From: Sphaeroforma arctica JP610
Lineage: Eukaryota
DNA length: 43,781 bases
Reading direction: 5' to 3'
NCBI RefSeq assembly: GCF_001186125.1
Contig: NW_014039786.1
Location: forward strand, 1 to 43,781
The translations under genes and the position numbers were made by a program. Positions 11,301 through 22,328 of this stretch are shown here, piece by piece. The notes under the pieces were generated by a model. The model did not search any database. It was given only the letters and a program-made list of their open reading frames with translations, and had not been told where the DNA came from. Within the stretch, counting starts at the first letter, position 1, and every line of letters begins with the position of its first letter.

Positions 11301-14300
11301 GCCGAGTTTGTTCGTGTGTAGGTGATCAAATGCACTTCGCTGTAAAAATGAGGCATCTGTATCTACAATCACATGCGGAATCAATGATCTGGTTAATACA
11401 ACATGTTAACGCAAGTCTTATGCATCTTTCTTTACTCACAATATTGATGGTACTGACACGTGTACACTACAGTGAAATACGAGCCTTACGCACCGTGGCT
11501 ACCGCCGTCGCAATTGCCGATTCAAAGAACTGTGGAAAAAGAAGAATCGTATGTGTATCTTACTTGTGTACATTCGTGCTTGTCAGGTTTCACATTGGCT
11601 GTTCTAGGAGGTGGTTCTAAAAGCCTCGAAAGTTGTATTGTCCAATTCAAATGTTCTGCGCATACTATGGGTGTCATTTCATGAGTGTATGGCACGTGCA
11701 ACAGTGGGATTAAATGCAGTTGAATCTCTGCCCCGATGTGGGCAATGGATATATGATGAAAGTGGCTATTCTTGCCTAACCTTTTGATTCGGCGTTGCTT
11801 GTCGATTATGCTGACTTACGCGCATCCAGTATTGCTGAAATTTATGGACCTTTCTCACATGTTCGATATTGTTGGTGCATACCGAATGAGTACCCCAAGC
11901 TACCCAGGCTTATATATCGCAAACATCCTAATGCATCTCACCTTAATCTCTAAAATTTCCGCATTTTTTCATACTCTGGATTACTTACTGGCCTTTCTCG
12001 CACTCCTTTCAAATATACTCCGCCTGAACAGGGTATCGAAAAACAAATGTACGATGTGCTATCGCGGAAGCGCAATGTAAGTAGCGTGAAGTAGTCGGAT
12101 ATCTATACATCAAGCTCAAACATATACCTGCATCCTACCCACGTCAGCTTAATTTCTATCAGAAAGTGCGTTGCACTATTGGATTTGCATGCACGCCACA
12201 TGTCGTATAGTTCACAGTTGGTGCTTTGAGATCCTATTCAGAATAATGTGGAATGTATGTGCCTCTGATGTTGCGCATCACTGACAGTGAGTATTAAGCG
12301 TTGAGAAGAAGAATAGTTTCATTCGCCTGTCTGCGGCTCTTTTGCGTGTATCAAATCCCGTCCGCGGCTCTTGTTTTTAGCATTCGCATGTAGCCTGCCT
12401 GAAGCATTTGGGGTGACATTCCTTCTGGGTGCGTCCATCGCTGCTGCGCTGTGTTTTTTTGAATCCCTATTCTAGGGCTACCTTGCATTGTAATTGGTTC
12501 ACTTGGTATCTTCACAGAGCTCCTGTGCTCCCATGCTCGTCGCTGGAGTGTCCTCAGGGATTTCATGCAGACTGTCTGACCCCACCACTGACCGTCTCCA
12601 TCAGGGAGAAGGGCTGGAAGTGCCCCGCGCACGTTGATCATCCATTGGTACGTCGTCCCACCTTTTTTTTGACATCATCCTATCTATTTTATTTGCTGTC
12701 GCCGCAAAGAATTCTGCGGTATGTCTTTGTTGAAGCATTTCGCAGTGTATCGACATACAGGTTCTCAACCCTTGGAACACACATTTGGGATTATCCAAAA
12801 GATGCGAGTTGGTAATGTAAATGTCGTGTTAGACGTCCAATTGATATTCACTTTGTGCCTGGTAATGTTAAACTTTTTCGCCCAGATATTGAATTTCTTT
12901 TCTTTTCTTTTACGTTTTATGTGCTGGTCTAATCAATAGGGTCAGCTACGGAGGGCCGGACGCCTTCCATTGAAACCAAAGAACACCTGGAAATCCGACA
13001 TTGACATCGTTGAGGAGTTCATGGACAATGCCGCAGAGTATGTACAAAAGCTATTATTGTACTCTGTGGACTGTTTGGTGCTCGAATATGCAATACTGTG
13101 CGTATCCGCATGTTTTCTGATGTGTTTGATAGGGAAGGATACAGAAGCAACTATGAGTCAACAAATATACCACACAGCCGGCAATTCCGCAGGAAGTAAC
13201 TCTGGCGCGATCGCATTGCGCTAAACAACGATCAACCCTCACATCGATTTGGCCGAGAAAAATCGGGTATTTACATCACACATTTGCATCTTCTGCACAT
13301 TCCAGCCATTGGAAATCGCGATACGAAAATCTGCGAAGGAAAGAAGTCACAGTGGTTGATGAACTGGCTCAGCTGCATCTCGCCTCCGTGCCCACCTATG
13401 AAAAACGTATGAACACAGTATTCAGGCGTGCACCAATTAAACGCAATTGTACGATAGTTATTGTTTTTGCCTGTGTCGATGTCTTTCTTAGTGCGTGTCT
13501 GCTCGCCATATATATTGTAAATATCGTATTAACAAAACATACAGCATTGTACTAGTTTTTCAACATTGCCATATTCAGTATAGCGGTGAGTTGTTCTCGA
13601 TATACAATTCTAGCCGTGTCGTGTATCGTCTTTGTGTGCCCCAGTGTCGAAACTCATTCTGTATGGCTATACATGTATGTCCACAATACATCGAGTTGCC
13701 TCAATTGTAACGACACTGTCAGGTGGTGGTGGCTCGTCTGTCATTCGCTCAATGTACTAGAGTGGTGTTGCATGTGGTTGCCATGCTCAGCGCTTGTGTT
13801 GCTCGTCATCTAGTGCGACCAGTGTCACCATAACGGATGGATTTGCCTCCAAATCAAAGATATTAATTACTAGGGTATCGTTTGTTTTTGTGTGATATGA
13901 TAGTGAATTGTACATCACTGATATGTTCAGAGTGTGTGCTCACTCTTGTACTGCGAACAATACATAACCCGTACCATGCAGTATTGCCTCGACTGAATAC
14001 ACTACCAAGCTTTAGTATATCGTATACTTCTCTCGTCGATACGATTTCTAGCCGCTACAATACTTGTATTGCGTATTCGCCCGCCATTTTTGCGTGTTCG
14101 TACAACAAAGGGTGCGATATTTCTAGTGAATGCTGGCATCTGGTCGCCTTCCTTGTTTGATGTGAACGTATATCAAATTGACTGCATTGCCTTCGATTTC
14201 TATGTTATGATGTGGGTTTTCCAGTACCAGTTTTTTTTCACACCTCTATGAGTGTGGCTCTGACTATAATATTAATAATTAGTTGGAAATTCGATCATTT

Positions 14301-15123
14301 GAGATTCTTTGATTTGTCTCCAAACCAAGTACTGAGTTTTCAATTTCTTAAAATTACCCGGGACATCCGATTTACATATGGATTTGACGGCATCAGGCTC
14401 AATCCTCCAGTTAGGGCTACAGCAATATATGGTGGTATGTATTTGGTGGTTTCCTTTCAATCGCTCTGATCTCCCGACAATCTCTGCACGTGTGTTGTGT
14501 TAAGCTTGGGTACCGCGTCGTGATTTTTTTCACAATTTGAATGAATGAAGCGCCACTTTGGTCTCGTTAGCGACAGTATTTATAGGCACAAGCTTGAGTC
14601 TTCATACGTGTCATACTTAAAAAATCTAGAGCTCTCTATTTCGACTTCACGTGTCTATACAATGATAGAGCGTTCTACCTTTTAGAATCAGGAATGCTAT
14701 TTGGAACCGTAAATTCATGTAGTCGAATTTCGGCAACTGCATGCCATCTTATACATTCGTAGTTGTGCAGCACAATTGATGACCGTAAACTGCGTTCAAA
14801 GGAAGCATCGCACCCTCTGTAGATGGCAATTCATACGCAGGTGTACATCATTTCGTCATTTTTTCGGTGTATGTGTTGTGCGATGTCAGTAAATTATGTA
14901 CGGTTGGCTACAACTACTATATCAGGACACCACCAAGGAAGAAACATCGACGGATACACTCATGATCGAATTCATGGAATTCTGTGAGGCCACCAAGAGC
15001 ACGCATCGCGTGCAACGGTATCTGGATATATACAACGATTCCACTGTACACCAATTGGCCACAACGGAATGTGCAGACACCTCGGAAACGGAAGTCGCGG
15101 AAGCGGCGGCGGAAGTGAGCTGA
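5312..15123 (+). CDS. PHF12: PHF12/Rco1-family double PHD-finger protein (Sin3/Rpd3S HDAC complex subunit), ~1082 aa, 15 exons
   Basis: Phase-consistent exons: 5312-5809, 6112-6824, 7154-7536, 7743-8307, 8566-8650, 9230-9278, 10430-10545, 10913-11066, 11473-11548, 12032-12076, 12518-12647, 12940-13037, 13306-13406, 14397-14434, 14926-15123 (3249 nt). PHD1: HNNHCSTCSFGGMLVMCEDCPKSFHLLCAEPPLHRVPKEDWLCCTC. The linker PWDMLIVSGTRKNPISMELP resembles PHF12 [20 protein letters not shown]. PHD2: CTMCYRGSAIAPVLPCSSLECPQGFHADCLTPPL...WKCPAHVDH, His-terminated as in PHF12/Rco1. The N- and C-terminal exon choices are less certain. Confidence 0.82.
9530..9701. repeat. (CA)n microsatellite running into an assembly gap, with TA-rich sequence after it (10087-10250)
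   Basis: Directly visible; lies in PHF12 intron 6. Confidence 0.97.
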
Positions 15124-15373
15124 GTGAAAATAAAAAGCACAGCATCACCTACGCTTATCTTGTTTCGTTTGATGTGGCTCGCATAGGTATTGGTACCTAT
15201 GTTTACCTATGTTTACCCATGTGTCTACTAGAAATAGTGTACCTCACATCACACCGAGGACTTTCACTGTCATATACAGTGTGCTGATCCGATCAAGGAC
15301 ACGCGGGTTTTGATACCTAGAGGTATACAAAGTAGTGTATACCGTAAATCGACTACTTTTTGTATACATTTAT

Positions 15374-18300
15374 TCACGTTTCAGCAATGGGCCAGAAACT
15401 ATCAGTGATCAGTAGCCCAAGGGTGTTCCCAGTACATTGGTAGTGGCGTGCTTCTTTTATGTTCATAGTCTTCATTGTCACATACGCTAAACACATCTTT
15501 GGCAGTACTTGATCCGGCTGTGGCAAGTACGACAACTCCTCATCAGATTTATCAGCCAGCACTGCACGGGATTTGGGTGAGTATATGTAATAATTAAATT
15601 GAATATCAAAACACGATCAAAGAAACATCTTACATATACACGTCAGCGAATCTGAACTCTGCGACATGCTTATCATTGATGCGAGGGGTATACTCTCCCA
15701 TGTGTCCACAGACCGGTTGTCACATAATTAGACCCAGCATGCGTGCTTTATCGAGTGCCAGTGCATCGAGGCAGCAGGGAAGGAATAAAATCCCCTGCAT
15801 CGAATCACAAGAAATATCACATACGTTTACGAGCGGATAGGCGTACGCACGGTGCCAGGATACACGATTACACGCTCCGGTCCTATTCCTTCATTCACGC
15901 AAACATAATATATATATTGGTTGATAACATCGTGACCTTATCCTGCTGGAAGGTACACACTTACTAAGCTGAATGCTATTTGGACCTTCAGAATTGGGAT
16001 GCACGCAAGGTGCAGCGAATGCATCCTCGTGTGCAAATACTCGATTGATGTGAAATTATATATATTGGTTGACAACATCGTGACCTTATCCTGCTGGAAG
16101 GTACACACTTACTAAGCTGAATGCTATTTGGACCTTCAGAATTGGGATGCACGCAAGGTGCAGCGAATGCATCCTCGTGTGCAAATACTCGATTGATGTG
16201 AAATACACACAATCTTTCGCAGGCATCTAGATTTCATGCAAGTTGCAGGCAATCTTCGCACACATTTAGATCTACGATCAACATGATGCACCCATCACAG
16301 CAACATAATCGCAATCACCAGGATGGCCCGCTTCATACTTCACCCTTCACTGACTAATATATACCGCAACATGCTCCGTACAGTCAAACACTCATTGCCA
16401 ACAATCAGATGAGTATAAACCAGCCGTCCCGCCCCGTGATTAGGCATTAAGCTATTCAGGGACAAGCCATGCTTGATCAAACCTACTTTCTAAGGCCTCC
16501 ATGATGGTCTCTGGCGTAAACGTAGGATTCCGTGTAGCCAGACTGACGAGCTTGTGCATAGAGGTGTCACCACCAATCGCCACTACATCCAATCCTTCCT
16601 TCTGCATCTCGATCAGCCAAGCCGGGGGAGGTTGCAGATGACTCTGATAGAGTACATATGTGATCGTGGCAGCTAGAAGAGTATGAGGATTTGCACTTGA
16701 TACAAGGCACTAGGATGCACTATGCCCTCAGCAGGAAGCGTTTCGTATGTGTGCGCACAGCTGCTATGCGATAGCTCAAAACAAGATTACCTCCTCGTTA
16801 GCATAAAAAAAACAGTGGCTTTCCAGCCTTTAAGTGCAGGGTAGCCATTGGGTGCGGTAATGCGAACAGCTATAGTTATCCATACCTGAATGTGCGATAT
16901 CAGCTTGTGTACGTGCTCCATAGTCCCCGGGTTGGCTGACTCGGTTTGTGTAAAGTCCTTCCCTTGAATCTGGGCCACCATGGTATGGGTTGCTGACGAA
17001 GAGCCCCACTGTCCTTCAGCGGTCAACAAACCTGAATCAACGTGTCCAAAACAGGTTTCTTCTAAATATCGATATGGAGTTGTCGCCGAATTCTGCCAGA
17101 AACAGTTCATTGTCTTCATTCAACTAAGAGAAATACGAATATAACTATAAATATAGATATGAATATAAATATAAATATAATGATACACACATACATACAT
17201 ACATAAATATATATACTAGTATATATATATGTATATACATGATTCGACCAGGATCCAGACGACAGTAGCCCGGGTCCCCATCTCTTATCTGTATCCCAAG
17301 CACCATAGTGTTATAGTACATGGCATACCATCATCGGTTTTGGTTGCTATTTGGAAGGATGCACCGCCAGAGTCCCATACTACGGTGTGCCTATCAGACT
17401 GCTCGTTTGCATCCACTCCTTCCACTGCTTTGACCGCGACAGCAGTGGCATATCCTGTCAGGTATAGATGACACTACATATTAATAAAACAAACGGTCGT
17501 TACGCATTCGCAATGTTGCGCTAGAAACAAAAAATAGTGGCGGACCTCAAAGCAATGTGTTTTGGCGGAAACCATGCTCTTCCCCTAACGATACAAACGA
17601 AAGTTGCAGGTATACTTTTGGACTACATACAAATTGTGCTCTCGTCATCAAGATTTAATTATATCCACATGGGATTGCTTGGTGCTCAAATGTTACTAGT
17701 TTTGACAGTGGATGCTCTGAAGGAGCCCTACTATCTAAACAATACATAGAGAATCATAAACCAGACACCAGGTTTGATTGTCATATGAAGTAATCAATCA
17801 GAATGGAAGTGGTTTATTTTGCCTTAGTTCATATATCGACATGTATATACACGAGCCACCAAATAGATCAGATAACATCACAATTCTGGACACATACATG
17901 AAGTCATGGAAAGAACAAATAGCGTAAGTGATAGTCCAATTGTATACACATGCCGAGTCCAGAAGTGACCCACACATTTGACGATTGAAAGTCTAGAATA
18001 AAGGTATTTGCACTATGTCCATTGTATTGTTGTCAGTCGATCAACAATTTATGAAATAACATCTAAATAATTATTCTCGTCATACCTTCAAACTTGAAGA
18101 CAGGCACAAAATATCAAAAACACAGTGACAGCCACACGATGCTACAGAGAAGCGATCAGAGAATGTAGGGAACGCTCATACCAAGTTCGGCTTCTGCAGT
18201 CTGGGATACCACCCGCAGGTTTAGGCCCAGCTTCGAGTTGATGTCCTCGATGAATTTGCCATTGGATTTCTCACGGAATACGGCCGTCGCCACCCCTGCC

Positions 18301-19790
18301 CACTGGGTGGCACCGTGTGACAGCGCTATGCTTTTGAACTCAGTCAGCTTATTCCTATCATGGCAAACAAAGCAACAATTGCACATTATCAGTGCATGTA
18401 TTATTAATTTCCTTTCCATATGTGATTCGCGAACTGTGGTGAGAAGTACAAGCTTGCATGGAGAAATGTACCATGTGTCACCCGAAAATCGTATAGAAAG
18501 GTACTACCTTGTAATTTGTGAATGGTGTCTGATGCAGACGAATTCTCCGTGGGATTCCAAAGGTGAAGTAATATACCTCTCAATATATTCCACAGCTCAT
18601 TCAGATTCACATGCCACATCATACCTGCATAACTCTAGCATTTCAGGCGCTATGAACTCTTTGTGATGTCGAAAGCTTTTGCCCACTTCGACCACTCGTT
18701 CTTCCGAGAAAAACACTTTCGTAAGATGACCCGTGGCCAGCTCAATCTAGGATGGGACAGGTGCCTTGTTTTTAGCACATGTAAGGTTGCTCACGATAAA
18801 GTATTGCACCAATACTGATATGTAAAATTCTCAGAATGTCGTGTACAAAGCACTCAATAGAGACTTTGCACTGCTATTCAAACAATTCGATGGCGTACGT
18901 ACATTTGTCTGGCGAGCACGTGATACTCAAAATTGGCTAACAACGAAGAACGCGATAGATATGACTACAGACAGCAGTTCCCTACAGGCAAAGGCAGAGT
19001 ATGCCTAATATCAGCTGTTCCGAATTGTTGCGCTGTAATACATTGCATGGGTCAGGTGGAATACAGCACATCTTACCTTTTGTGTGTGCATCAGTTGGCT
19101 GGTTGCATTGATGTACACACTATACACCTATGAACATCGTAAAGCAGTCAGCTATAAAACGATTTACGGGTCTGGGGACACACGTGATGTTTATATTCTT
19201 TGGTTTGTTATCTCTTTCCGGAAGTAAGAGTTCACATGGCAGCACGATTCCTTAACACCTATCGCGAATTAGAAATCAGCACAATATAAACAAGTTCCCT
19301 GCCCTTACCATACCCGAATTGAATGCCCTAGCTACATTTAAAATATGAAGGATCAAATACACCTGCTGACAATTACTTTTCCATTTCATTTCTAGGACAA
19401 TTAAGTAACATATCCACTCTCGTGCACCCGGAGTTTATCGAGAACGCCACTCAGCAACTGAGATTGACCTGACTGAATGAGTGTGAGAGAACTCTGATCT
19501 ATTGCTGACTTAGTACCGCCCTTTGTGAGAACTTCACTCTATGTACTTGTGCAATAGATGTATCTAAACAGTGGAAACCGAGCGTGTCTGTATGAATGCT
19601 TGAAGTATACAAGCGGACCACGCTTCGATGTTCGAACCTGAGGTTCTCATAGCGAGAATACTTAATAGAATAGAATACTGTCTAATCTATACGACAGAAA
19701 CAGTGAGAGTTATAGTAGTGTGTATACCTGGCCGACAGTTAGCTTTGTTGAACCGGAGCCCACATCGAATGCGGCTCTAATTACCGACAT
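15374..19790 (-). CDS. Ppx/GppA-family (ASKHA fold) phosphatase-like protein, 324 aa, 7 exons
   Basis: Minus-strand exons: 19790-19728, 18746-18625, 18354-18182, 17454-17329, 17031-16886, 16643-16487, 15561-15374 (975 nt, open frame). Motifs: MSVIRAAFDVGSGSTKL (phosphate-1), GVATAVFR, VVSQTAEAELGY (catalytic Glu region), VVWDSGGASFQI (phosphate-2), VVAIGG. Confidence 0.85.
15909..16204. repeat. 148-bp tandem duplication, 2 near-identical copies, in the last intron of the Ppx/GppA-like gene
   Basis: Copies at 15909-16056 and 16057-16204. The only difference I noticed is TTGATAAC vs TTGACAAC. Confidence 0.95.
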
Positions 19791-20187
19791 ATTTATATTT
19801 CCTTGTCACCGATGGAGGTCTAAAAGACGTTCCGCTCAGCCCAGTTTAGCTTTACTAGATACACTTAAATAGGAGAAGTTGACAACACAATTTAACTAAG
19901 ATACGCAGGGTGTGACGATATGTGCGTACAGCAATTCGAAAAGCTTCGAATATTATATATTTACACCTTAAAAAATATCTGTTCATTTGCTCACATACAT
20001 AAAAAGTGACACATATGTGTAATCACTATTAAAAATACAGAATCCGACGCACAGTGACACACACAGACTGATGTCATGATGAGATGAACTCAATTTTATA
20101 CCTGCCTTATTCGGAATGCCGCAGCTCTTTTCCCGCCATAATCAAAATGAATACTATATATGGATTTGTCTTTTTTAGGAGGCTATG

Positions 20188-20580
<393 letters not shown>

Positions 20581-22180
20581 CAAGAGAGGATGAGGTAATC
20601 ATCCTCTAACTAATGGAAGGTGATTTTGACTTATACACTAAAAACAGTTAGAATAATGAGACAGTTTTACCCAGTTGAGTCACGGGTGTATGTTGAAGAG
20701 TGGTCCCGCGTATAAAAAGGAAAATAACTAAAACTTGATTGTAATTTTTGCTACTGGGTTGAAGTCACCCACCAAAGGTTTTCCCTTAGACACCCCCTCC
20801 TTCTACTACTATTTTTAAAAATACATAAAATACTCTCTGCCTACATAAAGTTTGAGAACATATGCAGTTACTGGGGGTGTCAAACTAACAAGTGTGAAGT
20901 TGTTAACCAGAGAGACAACGACGTGTGCTTTGACTTCTTTCACCACACATCTAATGATAAATAATCGATAAGCCGTATTATGTATATGCTTGCCCTCGAA
21001 GATTAAATCTCGATATTGTACTTCCGTTGTTGCAGCTCAAATTTATATTTAGTTAACATACCCACGACTATGCTAGTGACATTTAGAATGCTAATGACAT
21101 TTGGAAATACTATCACTACTATGACTTGCCAAACAATCATATCCCCGAGGTCTCATGTTTGTATTCGATATGCACTTACTTGTGTTTACTGTATATAAAT
21201 ATCCGAAGTTTCTGATTGACTTTTGGCTCCTTCGAGTCAACTACTGAACAAGCATGTACAATATACTTACACTATACTTAAGTGAATAATTTCTACTGTA
21301 TCAGAGCACAAATGAGTTTAATTCCTATAAATAAATACTGACGAGTTTTCTGGCATACCAGCGTACTTGTGACTCTGTCTATCTATAATCCGCTGCTAAT
21401 ACATAATTTGCACGAACGCGATTGCTAAAAGGTTCAATACACATGTATTGCTGGGTGTGTAATATATCAAAATATATATGTCGCATAGGAACGTATCTCC
21501 TACATTGTAAAACATATAATCTCGGCATTCTATAGAACTTTCTTGTCATATTCTCCTGAATTGTATAGAATTCTATTGTATCGTACACCGTGCCTTTTCA
21601 AGAGGCTATGACCAGCGTACAACCTTTTTTCTACCTTTTTAATTGCGTTCTTTCCTTACTTTTTTGTCTTCAGTCATATTGTCTACAAGTGGTCTCAAGT
21701 CCTTTTCTTATACACTTACGGCTGAGTGAATTGATAGACAATCATGCACTAACGGGAGCCTGTTCTTACCAAATGCCATAAAGCACCTGTGTACTTTTGA
21801 AACTTCTTTTCCATTGCATCATAGTCACTACATATACGGAGTCGTCCTGAGTACAGTCTGGTAGTCCGTCGAGTATACGATTGTACGAGTTCTATTACTA
21901 TTCCGGCCGAGATCCTCTTGTTTCCAGATTAGAATTCTTTATCCGGCATACTCTCGGATCATTCACCACTGGGATTGATATCACCTGTCGACTATCGTGT
22001 CTCAATTGACAAGAGCGCGGGCGTCAGGACCCTTTCGCGAATACCGCCGACCCGCGGACATGCCAGCTCACTCCTGAGAATGCGATTCCATCAGCTTACT
22101 TCCGATGTTGCTTCTATGCCAACATCAGTGTGTGCGTGTGCGATCTCCGTGTTGTAGTGTTAGAGCACTAGATAGACTAA

Positions 22181-22234
22181 AGTGCTTCTAGGTACGTCCA
22201 TACACCTAGTGCTTCTAAGTAGGTCCACACACCT
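22181..22234. repeat. 27-bp tandem repeat, 2 copies, just downstream of the ELL stop codon
   Basis: AGTGCTTCTAGGTACGTCCATACACCT and AGTGCTTCTAAGTAGGTCCACACACCT. Confidence 0.85.
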
Positions 22235-22328
22235 TTGTGGGGTTAAGTTGTTCGTTTCTATACTAAAGTGCGCTTGGAGGGCATGTACATGAGAGTGCGC
22301 CAGTTGCTAACCAATCCTCGTTCAAGCA

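Noticed and set aside
13133..13200. Alternative terminal PHF12 exon (EGYRSNY...RRK*)
   Set aside because: Possible, but the acceptor at 13305 gives a phase-consistent continuation through three further exons with good splice sites; transcripts are needed to exclude it.
19570..19650. GTTCGAACC T-loop-like motif in intron 1 of the Ppx/GppA-like gene
   Set aside because: No cloverleaf, acceptor stem or A-box could be built, so not a tRNA.
20789..20881. 9-bp inverted repeat GACACCCCC/GGGGGTGTC as a MITE
   Set aside because: Too short, with no TSD and no second copy in the window.
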